A stretch of 24,000 nucleotides of DNA, from assembly GCA_013538715.1 (NCBI GenBank), contig JACAFH010000003.1, positions 35,478 through 59,477 of the forward strand, given 5' to 3'. The translations under genes and the position numbers were made by a program. The stretch comes from Candidatus Nitrosothermus koennekii (GTDB lineage Archaea > Thermoproteota > Nitrososphaeria > Nitrososphaerales > Nitrosocaldaceae). This document shows positions 1 to 8,162 of the stretch, piece by piece; position 1 is the first letter of the stretch; every line of letters starts with the position of its first letter. The notes under the pieces were generated by a model. It was not told the origin of the DNA. It did no database searches and saw nothing but the letters and a program-made list of their open reading frames with translations.

Positions 1-402
1 TAATAGCATACTATCCTTTTTCTCTTTAAGCATATGTTTTACAAAATCTGTAGCTGTGACTATACCTAGAAGATTATCATTCTCTACAACTGGTAATCTT
101 CTTATGCCATTCTCATACATGATCTTTGCAGCAACCTCTACTGTAGCCTCTGGACCAACAGTTATTAATGGGGTGCTCATGACATCCTTAACTTTAATAT
201 TAAGATCTCTACCTTCTGCTACTACTCTTCTTACTATATCTCTCTCTGTTATGATCCCTATGGGTTTCTTATTGTCTAAAACAACTAAACTACCTCTACC
301 CCTTTCTTTCATAATATTTGCAGCATGTTGTATGCTTAAACCTTGTTCTATTGTATCAAGAGGATATTCAGTCATTATCTCAGTAACTCGCTTTAGTTTC
401 AT
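1..402 (-). CDS. CBS-pair domain protein (C-terminal end runs off the left window edge)
   Basis: Hand translation of the minus strand from ATG at 402-400 gives MKLKRVTEIMTEYPLDTIEQGLSIQHAANIMKERGRGSLVVLDNKKPIGIITERDIVRRVVAEGRDLNIKVKDVMSTPLITVGPEATVEVAAKIMYENGIRRLPVVENDNLLGIVTATDFVKHMLKEKKDSMLL. That is 134 codons open to position 1 with no stop. It contains two classic CBS motifs (GIITERDIV, GIVTATDFV). It is absent from the ORF track because it has no stop in the window. The listed + ORF 56..448 is its antisense shadow. Confidence 0.85.
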   Translation of the reverse strand, partial: MKLKRVTEIMTEYPLDTIEQGLSIQHAANIMKERGRGSLVVLDNKKPIGIITERDIVRRVVAEGRDLNIKVKDVMSTPLITVGPEATVEVAAKIMYENGIRRLPVVENDNLLGIVTATDFVKHMLKEKKDSMLL

Positions 403-453
403 GAGATTATTGACTATAATTCATATATATATGTATAATAAAAAATAATAGGA

Positions 454-981
454 TTACATCCCAGTACTAGAACCTTCTTCATGGCCATGCTTTTCTTCTA
501 TAGCTTCGCCTAGGGAGTGAACAGTTACAGTTACTCCTGCTTCTGGTGATAATCTAACCCATTTATCACCCGTATTTATTAATGATATATCTGTTACTAT
601 CATATCATGCTCTGGTGGTAGATCTAGATGATATAAACACATCTCACCATGTTCCGAACTCTCATGTATCATATTCTTCATATTAAATTCGATTATCTCA
701 ACATCTGGGACTGAACCAATTGCTGCTGCAAGCACTCCTACACCTTCATCATCACAATCGATATGAACTGCTAGATGTCCAGATGTTATTGGATATGGTG
801 TTGTATCATAAATATGTATGAACTGCCCCGGTCTTACTCTTTGATAGCCTAATGATAACATAGTTGTATCTAATACACGAGTCTCTTGCTGTGCTATGAT
901 CGTTGATGTAGTTACATACAGCGTCGTTCCAGTAATAACTATCGATAATATTACAATTGCTAAGAGTTTATTTACTTCCAT
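454..981 (-). CDS. Hypothetical membrane-anchored His/Cys/acid-rich protein
   Basis: 175-aa ORF with an N-terminal hydrophobic anchor (LLAIVILSIVITGTTLYV) followed by a beta-rich soluble part containing HLAVHIDCDDEG, HESSEHGEMCLYHLDLPPEHDM and a C-terminal EEKHGHEEG. An AT-rich TATA-like stretch lies upstream. I recognise no family. Confidence 0.6.
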   Translation of the reverse strand: MEVNKLLAIVILSIVITGTTLYVTTSTIIAQQETRVLDTTMLSLGYQRVRPGQFIHIYDTTPYPITSGHLAVHIDCDDEGVGVLAAAIGSVPDVEIIEFNMKNMIHESSEHGEMCLYHLDLPPEHDMIVTDISLINTGDKWVRLSPEAGVTVTVHSLGEAIEEKHGHEEGSSTGM

Positions 982-1258
982 TACTTTTATTCCTTCGAAT
1001 TATATAATTATAGCTTTTGGTTTAAAGATAGAAATTAATAAATATTTTGGTACACATATCAAAATAAATAAGAATTATTAAATCACAAATCTAATCATAA
1101 CATTATATTTATAATTGCTTAATAAGAATAATGAGTGAACCGTTGTATGAGATAAAAATACACGAAATGTTTATTTTATAATGAGCCATAAAATACAATA
1201 CTCATTCTTTTTAACACAAGCACTTATATCTGTGTTAAGATTAGTATGCGTATAATTA

Positions 1259-1263
1259 GGAGG
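1259..1263 (+). promoter_or_regulatory. Shine-Dalgarno-like GGAGG upstream of dnaG
   Basis: The sequence taGGAGGttaagataaATG places GGAGG 9 nt before the ATG at 1273. Most other genes in the window lack such a motif and have very short upstream spacers, so they may be leaderless. Confidence 0.4.
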
Positions 1264-1272
1264 TTAAGATAA

Positions 1273-2397
1273 ATGCCTAACTCAACAGTTGTAAAATATC
1301 ATGTTAAGATAAAATTTGAAGTGGATGGAATAGTAGAGAAGACTGACATAATAGGAGCCTTATTTGGGCAGACTGAAGGTTTGTTAGGACCAGAAATGAA
1401 TTTGAATGAGCTACAAAAGCTATCAAAAGTAGGTAGGATAGAGGTTAATGTAAACATAAAGCAGAACAAGTCTAATGGGGATATAATAATACCTATGAGT
1501 ACTGATATAAATACAGTAGCATTGATAGCAGCTGCTGTAGAAAGCATAGATAAAGTAGGACCGTTTACAGCAAAGTTTAGTCTTGTAGCAATAGAAGATA
1601 TAAGAGAGATAAAGAAGAAGAATATAGTAGAGAGAGCAAAGAAGATCGTACAAGAATGGGCTACAAAGAGTATGAGTGAGTCTGAAGAAATGCTTAAAGA
1701 GATTTATGGTGCTACAAAAACAGGCAAGCTAGCTACTTTTGGGACAGAGAAGCTTGCTTGTGGATCTGGAATTTATGATAGTGATTGGATAATATTAGTA
1801 GAAGGGAGAGCAGATGTCATAAATCTACTTAGAGCTGGTTATGACAATGCTATAGCTATAGAAGGGGCAAAGATAGCAGATTCTGTAATAGAGTTGTGTA
1901 AGGAGAAGAAGAAGGTTATTGCGTTTTTGGATGGAGATAGAGCTGGTGATCTAATACTTAAAGAGTTAGAGAATACAGTAAAACTAGATAAGGTTGCAAG
2001 AGCTCCAGTAGGTAAAGAGGTAGAAGATTTAACACCAATAGAGATAGTAGAGATACTTGATGAAGTTACTAAAGATGTTAGAGAAAAGAAGATAGAAACA
2101 AAAGATAAGTTTGATGAAAAGATTATTGAGATATTTCCAGAGATAAATGAGACGCTTGAAGCGAGAGGATATAATGAGGAGATGAACGAGGTATTTAGAG
2201 TGCCAGTAAGTAATGTAGTAAAAGAGCTGCAAGGTCATCCTGATGTTAGATACCTAATACTTGATGGAATAATAACACAGCGTCTAATCGATACAGCAAG
2301 TGAGGTTGGTGTAAAGAGTATAGTAGCAAATAGGATAGCAGAAATCAAAAATCCACGCGAAGGTATAGTATTAAAGACATTTGATGAATATAGATGA
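1273..2397 (+). CDS. dnaG: Archaeal DnaG (TOPRIM-domain primase / exosome-associated protein)
   Basis: 374 aa. The N-terminus KYHVKIKFEVDGIVEKTDIIGALFGQTEGLLG is typical of archaeal DnaG. TOPRIM motifs are present (ILVEGRADVINLLRAGY and FLDGDRAGD). Confidence 0.9.
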   Translation: MPNSTVVKYHVKIKFEVDGIVEKTDIIGALFGQTEGLLGPEMNLNELQKLSKVGRIEVNVNIKQNKSNGDIIIPMSTDINTVALIAAAVESIDKVGPFTAKFSLVAIEDIREIKKKNIVERAKKIVQEWATKSMSESEEMLKEIYGATKTGKLATFGTEKLACGSGIYDSDWIILVEGRADVINLLRAGYDNAIAIEGAKIADSVIELCKEKKKVIAFLDGDRAGDLILKELENTVKLDKVARAPVGKEVEDLTPIEIVEILDEVTKDVREKKIETKDKFDEKIIEIFPEINETLEARGYNEEMNEVFRVPVSNVVKELQGHPDVRYLILDGIITQRLIDTASEVGVKSIVANRIAEIKNPREGIVLKTFDEYR

Positions 2398-2429
2398 TAT
2401 TTTTATAACACTTCTAACTTTTTTATTGC

Positions 2430-3095
2430 ATGGAGATAGCAATTAAGCATATTATGCTATTGGTGGAGTTGATAAAAAAGGGAGGAAGATACTCATATAT
2501 TAATATCACTACTACCGAATTGGGTGAAATATTAAACAAATCCCAACAAACAATCTCTAACAATCTTTTAGAGCTAGAAAGAAATAATTATATAGAAAGA
2601 GTAAAGGATGGAAAAGGTTTCAAGATCAAGGTAACAGAGAAATGTAACGATGAATTGTTTAAACTCTTCTTGGTGTTAAAACATGCTCTTGAGGATATTA
2701 AAGAGATAGAGATAAAAGGTATTATAACAAAAGGTATGGGCGAAGGATCTTATTATATATCCCTACCAGGGTATAAGAAACAGTTTATACAGAAGCTAGG
2801 TTTTGAACCATACAGAGGTACATTAAACATAAAACTTGAACCATATTATAGGGGTGTTAAGAGCGTATTAAAGATGCAACCTGGTATATTCATAGAAGGA
2901 TTTAATGATGGAAATAGAACATATGGTTGGGTTAAATGTTATAGAGCAAGCATAGATAGCATAGAAGGGGCTGTATTGATATTAGAGAGGACTCATCATG
3001 ACGATAGCATATTAGAGATCATAGCGCCAGTTAAAATCATGGAGAAGATGAATGTTGACTATGGTTCAACTATTACAGTTAAGATAAGATTCTAA
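2430..3095 (+). CDS. ribK: CTP-dependent riboflavin kinase fused to an N-terminal winged-HTH domain (RbkR-like bifunctional kinase/regulator)
   Basis: 221 aa. The C-terminal ~125 aa (GMGEGSYYISLPGYKKQFIQKLGFEPYRGTLNIKL...GWVKCY...LILERTHH) matches archaeal riboflavin kinase. The N-terminal ~90 aa (TTTELGEILNKSQQTISNNLLELERNNYIERV) is a wHTH domain. Confidence 0.85.
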   Translation: MEIAIKHIMLLVELIKKGGRYSYINITTTELGEILNKSQQTISNNLLELERNNYIERVKDGKGFKIKVTEKCNDELFKLFLVLKHALEDIKEIEIKGIITKGMGEGSYYISLPGYKKQFIQKLGFEPYRGTLNIKLEPYYRGVKSVLKMQPGIFIEGFNDGNRTYGWVKCYRASIDSIEGAVLILERTHHDDSILEIIAPVKIMEKMNVDYGSTITVKIRF

Positions 3096-3751
3096 AAGTT
3101 ATAGATTGATTTACCTAATACCTCTTTGATCTTAGTACTCTTAAGATCTGGTAAGGGGGAATCTAGCCTAACAACGTTTATATTTAATCCTCTCTTTTTA
3201 CATTCTTCTGCTATGAATCTTTCTTCATGAATCTGATCATAACCTAATGCTATTATATTTGGTCTTACATACTCTACGGTCTTGAATATGTCACCTTCTC
3301 TTCCCAATATAGCGGCATCTACAAATCTTAAAGAGTTTACTAGTTCACATCTCGTATTCTCATCGTGTATAGGTTTCTTACCTTTACTTTTTATAGCAGT
3401 GCTATCTCTTGCTATTATAACTATCAATATATCTCCTAACGCTTTTGCTGAGCGTAGAGTATAGATATGCCCTGGATGAATTATATCAAATACACCTCCA
3501 GTTAATACTATCTTTAAGTATTCTCTACCTTTATCAGTTAATCTTAGATCTTTACTTATAAGATCCTTTTTTGTTAATGACTCTATTCTTTCATTTAATA
3601 GTTTTTCATCGTATATCTTATCTGCTAGAGAATCATGAGGTTCTAATGATAATAACCTACAAACGTATAATATACGTAAAATACTGTTATCTATTATATC
3701 TAGCGTTTGCATAATAAATCTTCGTTGATGGGTAATAAAAATTGATAGCAA
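3092..3751 (-). CDS. ribL: FAD synthase (FMN adenylyltransferase) RibL with an N-terminal ~75-aa extension
   Basis: The C-terminal ~140 aa (GGVFDIIHPGHIYTLRSAKALGDILIVIIARDSTAIKSKGKKPI...VDAAILG...IIALGYDQ) is collinear with archaeal RibL and carries the nucleotidyltransferase HxGH motif. The start is ambiguous: ATG at 3751 or ATG at 3712 (MQTLDII...). Confidence 0.85.
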   Translation of the reverse strand: MLSIFITHQRRFIMQTLDIIDNSILRILYVCRLLSLEPHDSLADKIYDEKLLNERIESLTKKDLISKDLRLTDKGREYLKIVLTGGVFDIIHPGHIYTLRSAKALGDILIVIIARDSTAIKSKGKKPIHDENTRCELVNSLRFVDAAILGREGDIFKTVEYVRPNIIALGYDQIHEERFIAEECKKRGLNINVVRLDSPLPDLKSTKIKEVLGKSIYNF

Positions 3752-3834
3752 TATATGAAATTGACTAATTAATATTTGTTTATAATAACAAGTATTGAAC
3801 TTTAATATATCAAAACAATGTTGAGTTAGGAAGG

Positions 3835-3842
3835 TTAATAAG
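3835..3842 (+). promoter_or_regulatory. Candidate archaeal TATA box (with purine-rich BRE-like aagg just upstream) for the tRNA gene
   Basis: aaggTTAATAAG is centred about 29 nt upstream of tRNA position 1 (3867), close to the usual archaeal TATA spacing. Confidence 0.35.
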
Positions 3843-3866
3843 TTTGCTTAATGAAAGCAAGATTAC

Positions 3867-3940
3867 GCCTCGGTAGCTCAGCCTGGTAGAGCGTTTCCTT
3901 GGTAAGGAAAAGGTCGCGGGATCGAAGCCCGCCCGAGGCT
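3867..3940 (+). tRNA. tRNA-Thr (anticodon GGU), no intron, no encoded CCA
   Basis: Cloverleaf folded by hand. Acceptor GCCTCGG (3867-3873) pairs with CCGAGGC (3933-3939). D stem is GCTC/GAGC with loop AGCCTGGTA. Anticodon stem is TTTCC/GGAAA with loop TTGGTAA (anticodon GGT at 3901-3903). The variable loop is AGGTC. T stem is GCGGG/CCCGC with loop ATCGAAG. The discriminator is T at 3940. Confidence 0.9.
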
Positions 3941-4139
3941 TTATATCATGAATGCTAAAGAGAATTGATTATGTAACTATGTAAATTGATTGTAAAATAG
4001 AATATTCCCCACTAAAAACTATATTTAATATATATTAGATAGATATATACTTAAAATATACTTGTTATTAAACCCTGAGAAATGATAGTAATAATATAAA
4101 TAGAAATGGTATAAATAATGTTATTATATATAAGAATAT

Positions 4140-5027
4140 ATGCAGAGAACAAGTATTAGAGATGATCTGAGATCTTACTGGGAGGTTACAAAGCCAAAGA
4201 TATGGTATCTTCTTGTATTTACAGCTCTAATATCAACCTTTATCTCAGAGAGAGTGAATAATGTGAGTGTATCTATCATAATGTATCTACTTGTCTTTGG
4301 ATCAGTAACTGCTGGATCTGCTGCTGCTAATACTTTAACAAGCTATATAGATAGAGATATAGATGCTATTATGGAGAGAACTAAACATAGACCTATACCA
4401 TCTGGTAGAATTAAACCAAATAATGCACTCTATTATGGCTTATCTTTAACTTGCATAGCACTTATACTAGCATGGTTGATCAATGTATATGCATTTGCTC
4501 TTATGATTTTTGGTTTATTTGATAATATAATAGTCTATAGCAAATGGTTAAAGAGAAGAAGTGCTAGTAATATAATACTTGGTGGATTTTCTGGAGGAGC
4601 ACCAGCATTGATAGGATACGTTGCAGCAAGCATTCAAAACATTGAACTTGGTTTGATACTTGCAGGATTAGTATTTTTATGGACACCAACTCATATATGG
4701 AGCCTTGCGATGAGAGTAAAGGATGACTATGCAAGAGCCAAAGTTCCAATGCTCCCAGTAGTTATGAAAGAGGATATAGCTATAAGAATAATATCTATAG
4801 CAACACTCATAATGGTTGTATTCAGTATATTACCAGTATTTTGGGGTTATTTTAATATCATATACCTAGTAACATCAATAGTGTTAGGAGTAATAATAAG
4901 TGTTATGAGTATAGTATTAGTTATTAAACCAACTCCGAATAGATCATGGCAATTATTCAAATTTAGTAGTCCATACCTTACTATAATATTCATATTCATG
5001 GCAATTGATGCTGCTATTCATATGTAA
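4140..5027 (+). CDS. ctaB: Protoheme IX farnesyltransferase (heme O synthase), UbiA superfamily
   Basis: 295 aa and polytopic. It carries the hallmark CyoE/CtaB motif YIDRDIDAIMERTKHRPIPSGRI and a second motif WTPTHIWSLAMRVKDDYARAKVPMLPVV. Confidence 0.85.
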   Translation: MQRTSIRDDLRSYWEVTKPKIWYLLVFTALISTFISERVNNVSVSIIMYLLVFGSVTAGSAAANTLTSYIDRDIDAIMERTKHRPIPSGRIKPNNALYYGLSLTCIALILAWLINVYAFALMIFGLFDNIIVYSKWLKRRSASNIILGGFSGGAPALIGYVAASIQNIELGLILAGLVFLWTPTHIWSLAMRVKDDYARAKVPMLPVVMKEDIAIRIISIATLIMVVFSILPVFWGYFNIIYLVTSIVLGVIISVMSIVLVIKPTPNRSWQLFKFSSPYLTIIFIFMAIDAAIHM

Positions 5028-5036
5028 TAATATGAT

Positions 5037-6335
5037 TTAATATTTCACATAATCTTCAATTCTAATATTATCTTCATTAGGTATCTTTGCTATTTCAAAA
5101 CCTTCTCTTCTCTTATATAATGGTATAGTTGCATCTATACCCATCTTACTTGTTAATAGATGCTCTTGATCACTTGATGGATCCAAACTAGAACCTTTAG
5201 CCTTGTTTATTATGATTAGATCCTCATCTGCCTGAAATCTAGTAGCTAATGCATACTCTATAGCAACTGGATCTTCTGGATCTATGTCGTCGTCAACAAT
5301 TATAGCAAGTTTCAGTGATGGGTGTGCAGCAAATGCTGCTAATAATATGTTCTTTGGTTCACCCTCTAATCTTTTTGAGATTTGTATTACAGCATGTAAC
5401 CAATTACATCCTCCATCTGTTAATCTTACTTTCTTTACATTTGCTATACCTTTTACTGCTTGCTCTATCTTTGCCTCTATGGGTAGCCCCATAAGTAATC
5501 TATGCTCATTGTATCCTGCAAGTATATCGTGATAGATAGCATTATCTCTGTATCTAATCTTTTCAACTTCAAAGACAGGTTGTGATCTAACATGATCATA
5601 TGTTCTTAACATCTCAACCATAGATTCTTTATGATAAAGATCTTTAAGGATTCTTCCTTCTAAGATGAATTCAGCATGTGATGGAATCTCTAAATCATTT
5701 ATAGTACTAACCTTAAGATCTGTAAGTGCTGCTGCTATCTTCATCTCATTAAAATTATATGCAGCCTGATAGGCTGCAGCTATCAATACTGCTGGATGTA
5801 CACCTATAGTAATTACTACTTGTAAATCTTCACCATGTTCTTTAGCGTATTGATAACATCTATCTAAATGTCTACCCTCAACCATCCTTATTGCAAGATG
5901 CTTCTCATCTATAAGTAACATTCTATGTACTGATGCATTCTGTATCTTATTCTCATTTCTCGCAAATACTATGCTTGATGTTATAAACGGACCACTATCT
6001 TTCTCAAAATGTGTAACTATTGGTAGTATTGAGAGATCATTTGCTATATTTCTAGCCTTAATATCTTCATACAACAACTCTCTATTATTTGTAATAGCAT
6101 TAAGTATTTTAGAATGGATATCCTCACTATCTATAGCTAAACCAAACTTTTTCCTTGTATTGCATAGATTTGCAACTATTCTAAACTTGTTATCTTGTAT
6201 ATTATTAAAGAGTATGGTCTTATCTGTCTGTTTAATAAGTGCTGCCACCTCAAATTTGGTAGAGACCTCTTTATTTATCTCTATTAACTCGTTACCTTTT
6301 TTAATTATATCAATGAAAGATCTTATATCGCTCAT
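5037..6335 (-). CDS. UbiD-family (prFMN-dependent) decarboxylase
   Basis: 432 aa. The N-terminus MSDIRSFIDIIKKGNELIEINKEV...ILFNNI parallels the UbiD N-terminus (LRDFL..LE..GEL..I...V). Overall length and collinearity fit the UbiD family. The substrate is unknown. Confidence 0.85.
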   Translation of the reverse strand: MSDIRSFIDIIKKGNELIEINKEVSTKFEVAALIKQTDKTILFNNIQDNKFRIVANLCNTRKKFGLAIDSEDIHSKILNAITNNRELLYEDIKARNIANDLSILPIVTHFEKDSGPFITSSIVFARNENKIQNASVHRMLLIDEKHLAIRMVEGRHLDRCYQYAKEHGEDLQVVITIGVHPAVLIAAAYQAAYNFNEMKIAAALTDLKVSTINDLEIPSHAEFILEGRILKDLYHKESMVEMLRTYDHVRSQPVFEVEKIRYRDNAIYHDILAGYNEHRLLMGLPIEAKIEQAVKGIANVKKVRLTDGGCNWLHAVIQISKRLEGEPKNILLAAFAAHPSLKLAIIVDDDIDPEDPVAIEYALATRFQADEDLIIINKAKGSSLDPSSDQEHLLTSKMGIDATIPLYKRREGFEIAKIPNEDNIRIEDYVKY

Positions 6336-6634
6336 CTTATGTACTCCATTACACTATCAAATATCTTCTTCATATTTATAGTGTTAATCTTCTTAGCATT
6401 GACAGATACTATACATAACTTGTTTGTTATATCTGATATATGTTGAGAGAGTACCTTTGCTAATATATTATCAGTCATTAAAGGATTGCTAATATTTGGT
6501 ACTGAGATACTCAGATATCCAAGTTTGTGATCTCTTCCTTCACTTATTGAGATGAAGTAGCCGTTAACAAACTTAAAAATAAGTATAGAATATTCTATAT
6601 CTGTATTTATAGTATATTCTATGTATCTATTCAT
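6332..6634 (-). CDS. Hypothetical 100-aa protein translationally coupled to the UbiD-family gene
   Basis: Its stop overlaps the UbiD start by 4 nt (6332-6335) on the same strand. The sequence has protein-like mixed composition. I cannot assign a family with confidence. Confidence 0.55.
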   Translation of the reverse strand: MNRYIEYTINTDIEYSILIFKFVNGYFISISEGRDHKLGYLSISVPNISNPLMTDNILAKVLSQHISDITNKLCIVSVNAKKINTINMKKIFDSVMEYIR

Positions 6635-6667
6635 CGAATAAAGTATTACTATTATTAGATATTAATC

Positions 6668-6901
6668 TTAAGATCGTATCTCTATAGGTTGTGCTATAGT
6701 ACTCTTCTTTGCTCTCAGCTTAGCCTTGTACTTTAGGTTTCTTGGTTTTGTCCTTAGCCTATAACCACAGCATGGGCACCATAAACCGTCCCATTTTATA
6801 AATATCTCACATATCTGACATCTCTTTTGTCCACATGCATACCTCCCTGAACCTACTGGTTTTTGTGCTTTATATCTTGTGCATATACCTTTACATGTCA
6901 T
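6668..6901 (-). CDS. Small Cys-rich zinc-ribbon protein with a basic C-terminal tail
   Basis: 77 aa with 8 Cys, arranged C3-x3-C7 ... C23-x4-C28-x2-C31 ... C42-x-C44-C45. It is followed by RLRTKPRNLKYKAKLRAKK. It lies 33 nt upstream of the 100-aa ORF on the same strand. Confidence 0.7.
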   Translation of the reverse strand: MTCKGICTRYKAQKPVGSGRYACGQKRCQICEIFIKWDGLWCPCCGYRLRTKPRNLKYKAKLRAKKSTIAQPIEIRS

Positions 6902-7067
6902 TACTATTCACCTCTCCACCATTAATATTATCATAACATGAGTATTTAAATTTTTATTGATATTTTATTATTAATGAAGAAAATATTCAAACTTTATTCA
7001 TAATAAAAATCTATCTGTTATTCAAAAGTTTGATAAATATCCTCTATAAACTATATATTACACGAAT

Positions 7068-8162
7068 ATGCAGATAGATTTAAAGTACAATCAAGTAATC
7101 CTTGTTAAAGGACCTGCTATTGTAAGCTCTTTGTCTGATGCTTACATATTAGGTGTTAATATAAAAGATAAAATAATTAGAGTAAGAGAAAATAAGATTC
7201 TTCCAATAGAAGGTGAGGGTTCTATAACTATTACTCTTGAGGGTAATGGAAGGTATGAGATAAGAGAGATGACAGGTATTGGTACTCAAGTATGGGATGA
7301 TATAAGAGATGCTATATCGTTTAAACATGTTAAGAGTATAATAATAATTGGTGCTAATGATACTGGTAAATCTACTTTAGCAATATATCTAACTAACATG
7401 TTTCTTAATCATAAAATCAAAGTATTTTTGATAGATGCTGATGTAGGACAGGGTGATCTAGCACCTCCAGCATGTATAGGTGCCTCATGGATCAAAGAAA
7501 AGATAGTAGATCTTACCATTCCAGTAGATTTTTATGAATTCATAGGTTCATTAACTCCTGCAGAGAGAACAACATTAATAATAGATGCTATTAATAGATT
7601 ATATACAAAGAGGGGAGATACGCCAGTTATTATAAATACAGATGGTTATATAGATAGATATGGATTAGAGTACAAGATAAGACTTATTGATATGATAAAT
7701 CCAGATATGATACTCTCACTAGGGAGAGATACTTATAGTGATGTTTTACTCAATAAATATAAAGGCAAGATCTACCTTGCAGATAAACCAAAATATGTTC
7801 AAAAAGACCCAAGAGAGAGGTTATCGAATAGGTTAAGAAGATATAAACAATTTATATCAAATTGTAGTAGAAGTGTTAAGTTAGATAGAGTATGGTTATT
7901 TGGCGACGTATACCATGCTGTAATAAAAGATCGTTATATATCACTTGAACCATTTGGACCAATATTAGATATTCATACATTAAAAGATATGTATGTAGCA
8001 TTAAGCATAAATAAATATGTAGTCGGGTTTGGAGTAATTAGAGATATAAATAGTAAAGTGTCTATACAAACCTCGTATGAAGGAGAATTCGATACAATTA
8101 TGTTTAGTGAGATAAAGCTAAATCGTGATTTATCTTATGAGTATAAAATTCGCTTGGTTTGA
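7068..8162 (+). CDS. Clp1/Grc3-family polynucleotide 5'-hydroxyl kinase
   Basis: 364 aa. The P-loop is IIGANDTGKSTLAIYL. It is followed by LIDADVGQGDLAPP, the Clp1-type D-x-D-x-GQ motif. The N- and C-terminal beta-rich flanking domains match those of archaeal Clp1. Confidence 0.75.
   Translation: MQIDLKYNQVILVKGPAIVSSLSDAYILGVNIKDKIIRVRENKILPIEGEGSITITLEGNGRYEIREMTGIGTQVWDDIRDAISFKHVKSIIIIGANDTGKSTLAIYLTNMFLNHKIKVFLIDADVGQGDLAPPACIGASWIKEKIVDLTIPVDFYEFIGSLTPAERTTLIIDAINRLYTKRGDTPVIINTDGYIDRYGLEYKIRLIDMINPDMILSLGRDTYSDVLLNKYKGKIYLADKPKYVQKDPRERLSNRLRRYKQFISNCSRSVKLDRVWLFGDVYHAVIKDRYISLEPFGPILDIHTLKDMYVALSINKYVVGFGVIRDINSKVSIQTSYEGEFDTIMFSEIKLNRDLSYEYKIRLV

Noticed and set aside
56-448. 130-aa + strand ORF from the track
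   Set aside because: It lies exactly antisense to a much better minus-strand CBS-pair coding frame (1-402) with classic motifs. Its own translation is low-complexity (S/T/L/I/F-rich) and has no recognisable features.
1211-1238. Perfect 8-bp inverted repeat TTAACACA-N12-TGTGTTAA 35-60 nt upstream of dnaG
   Set aside because: By my rough estimate, dozens of such 8-bp inverted repeats with short spacers are expected by chance in 24 kb of AT-rich sequence. There is no second copy elsewhere in the window to suggest an operator.
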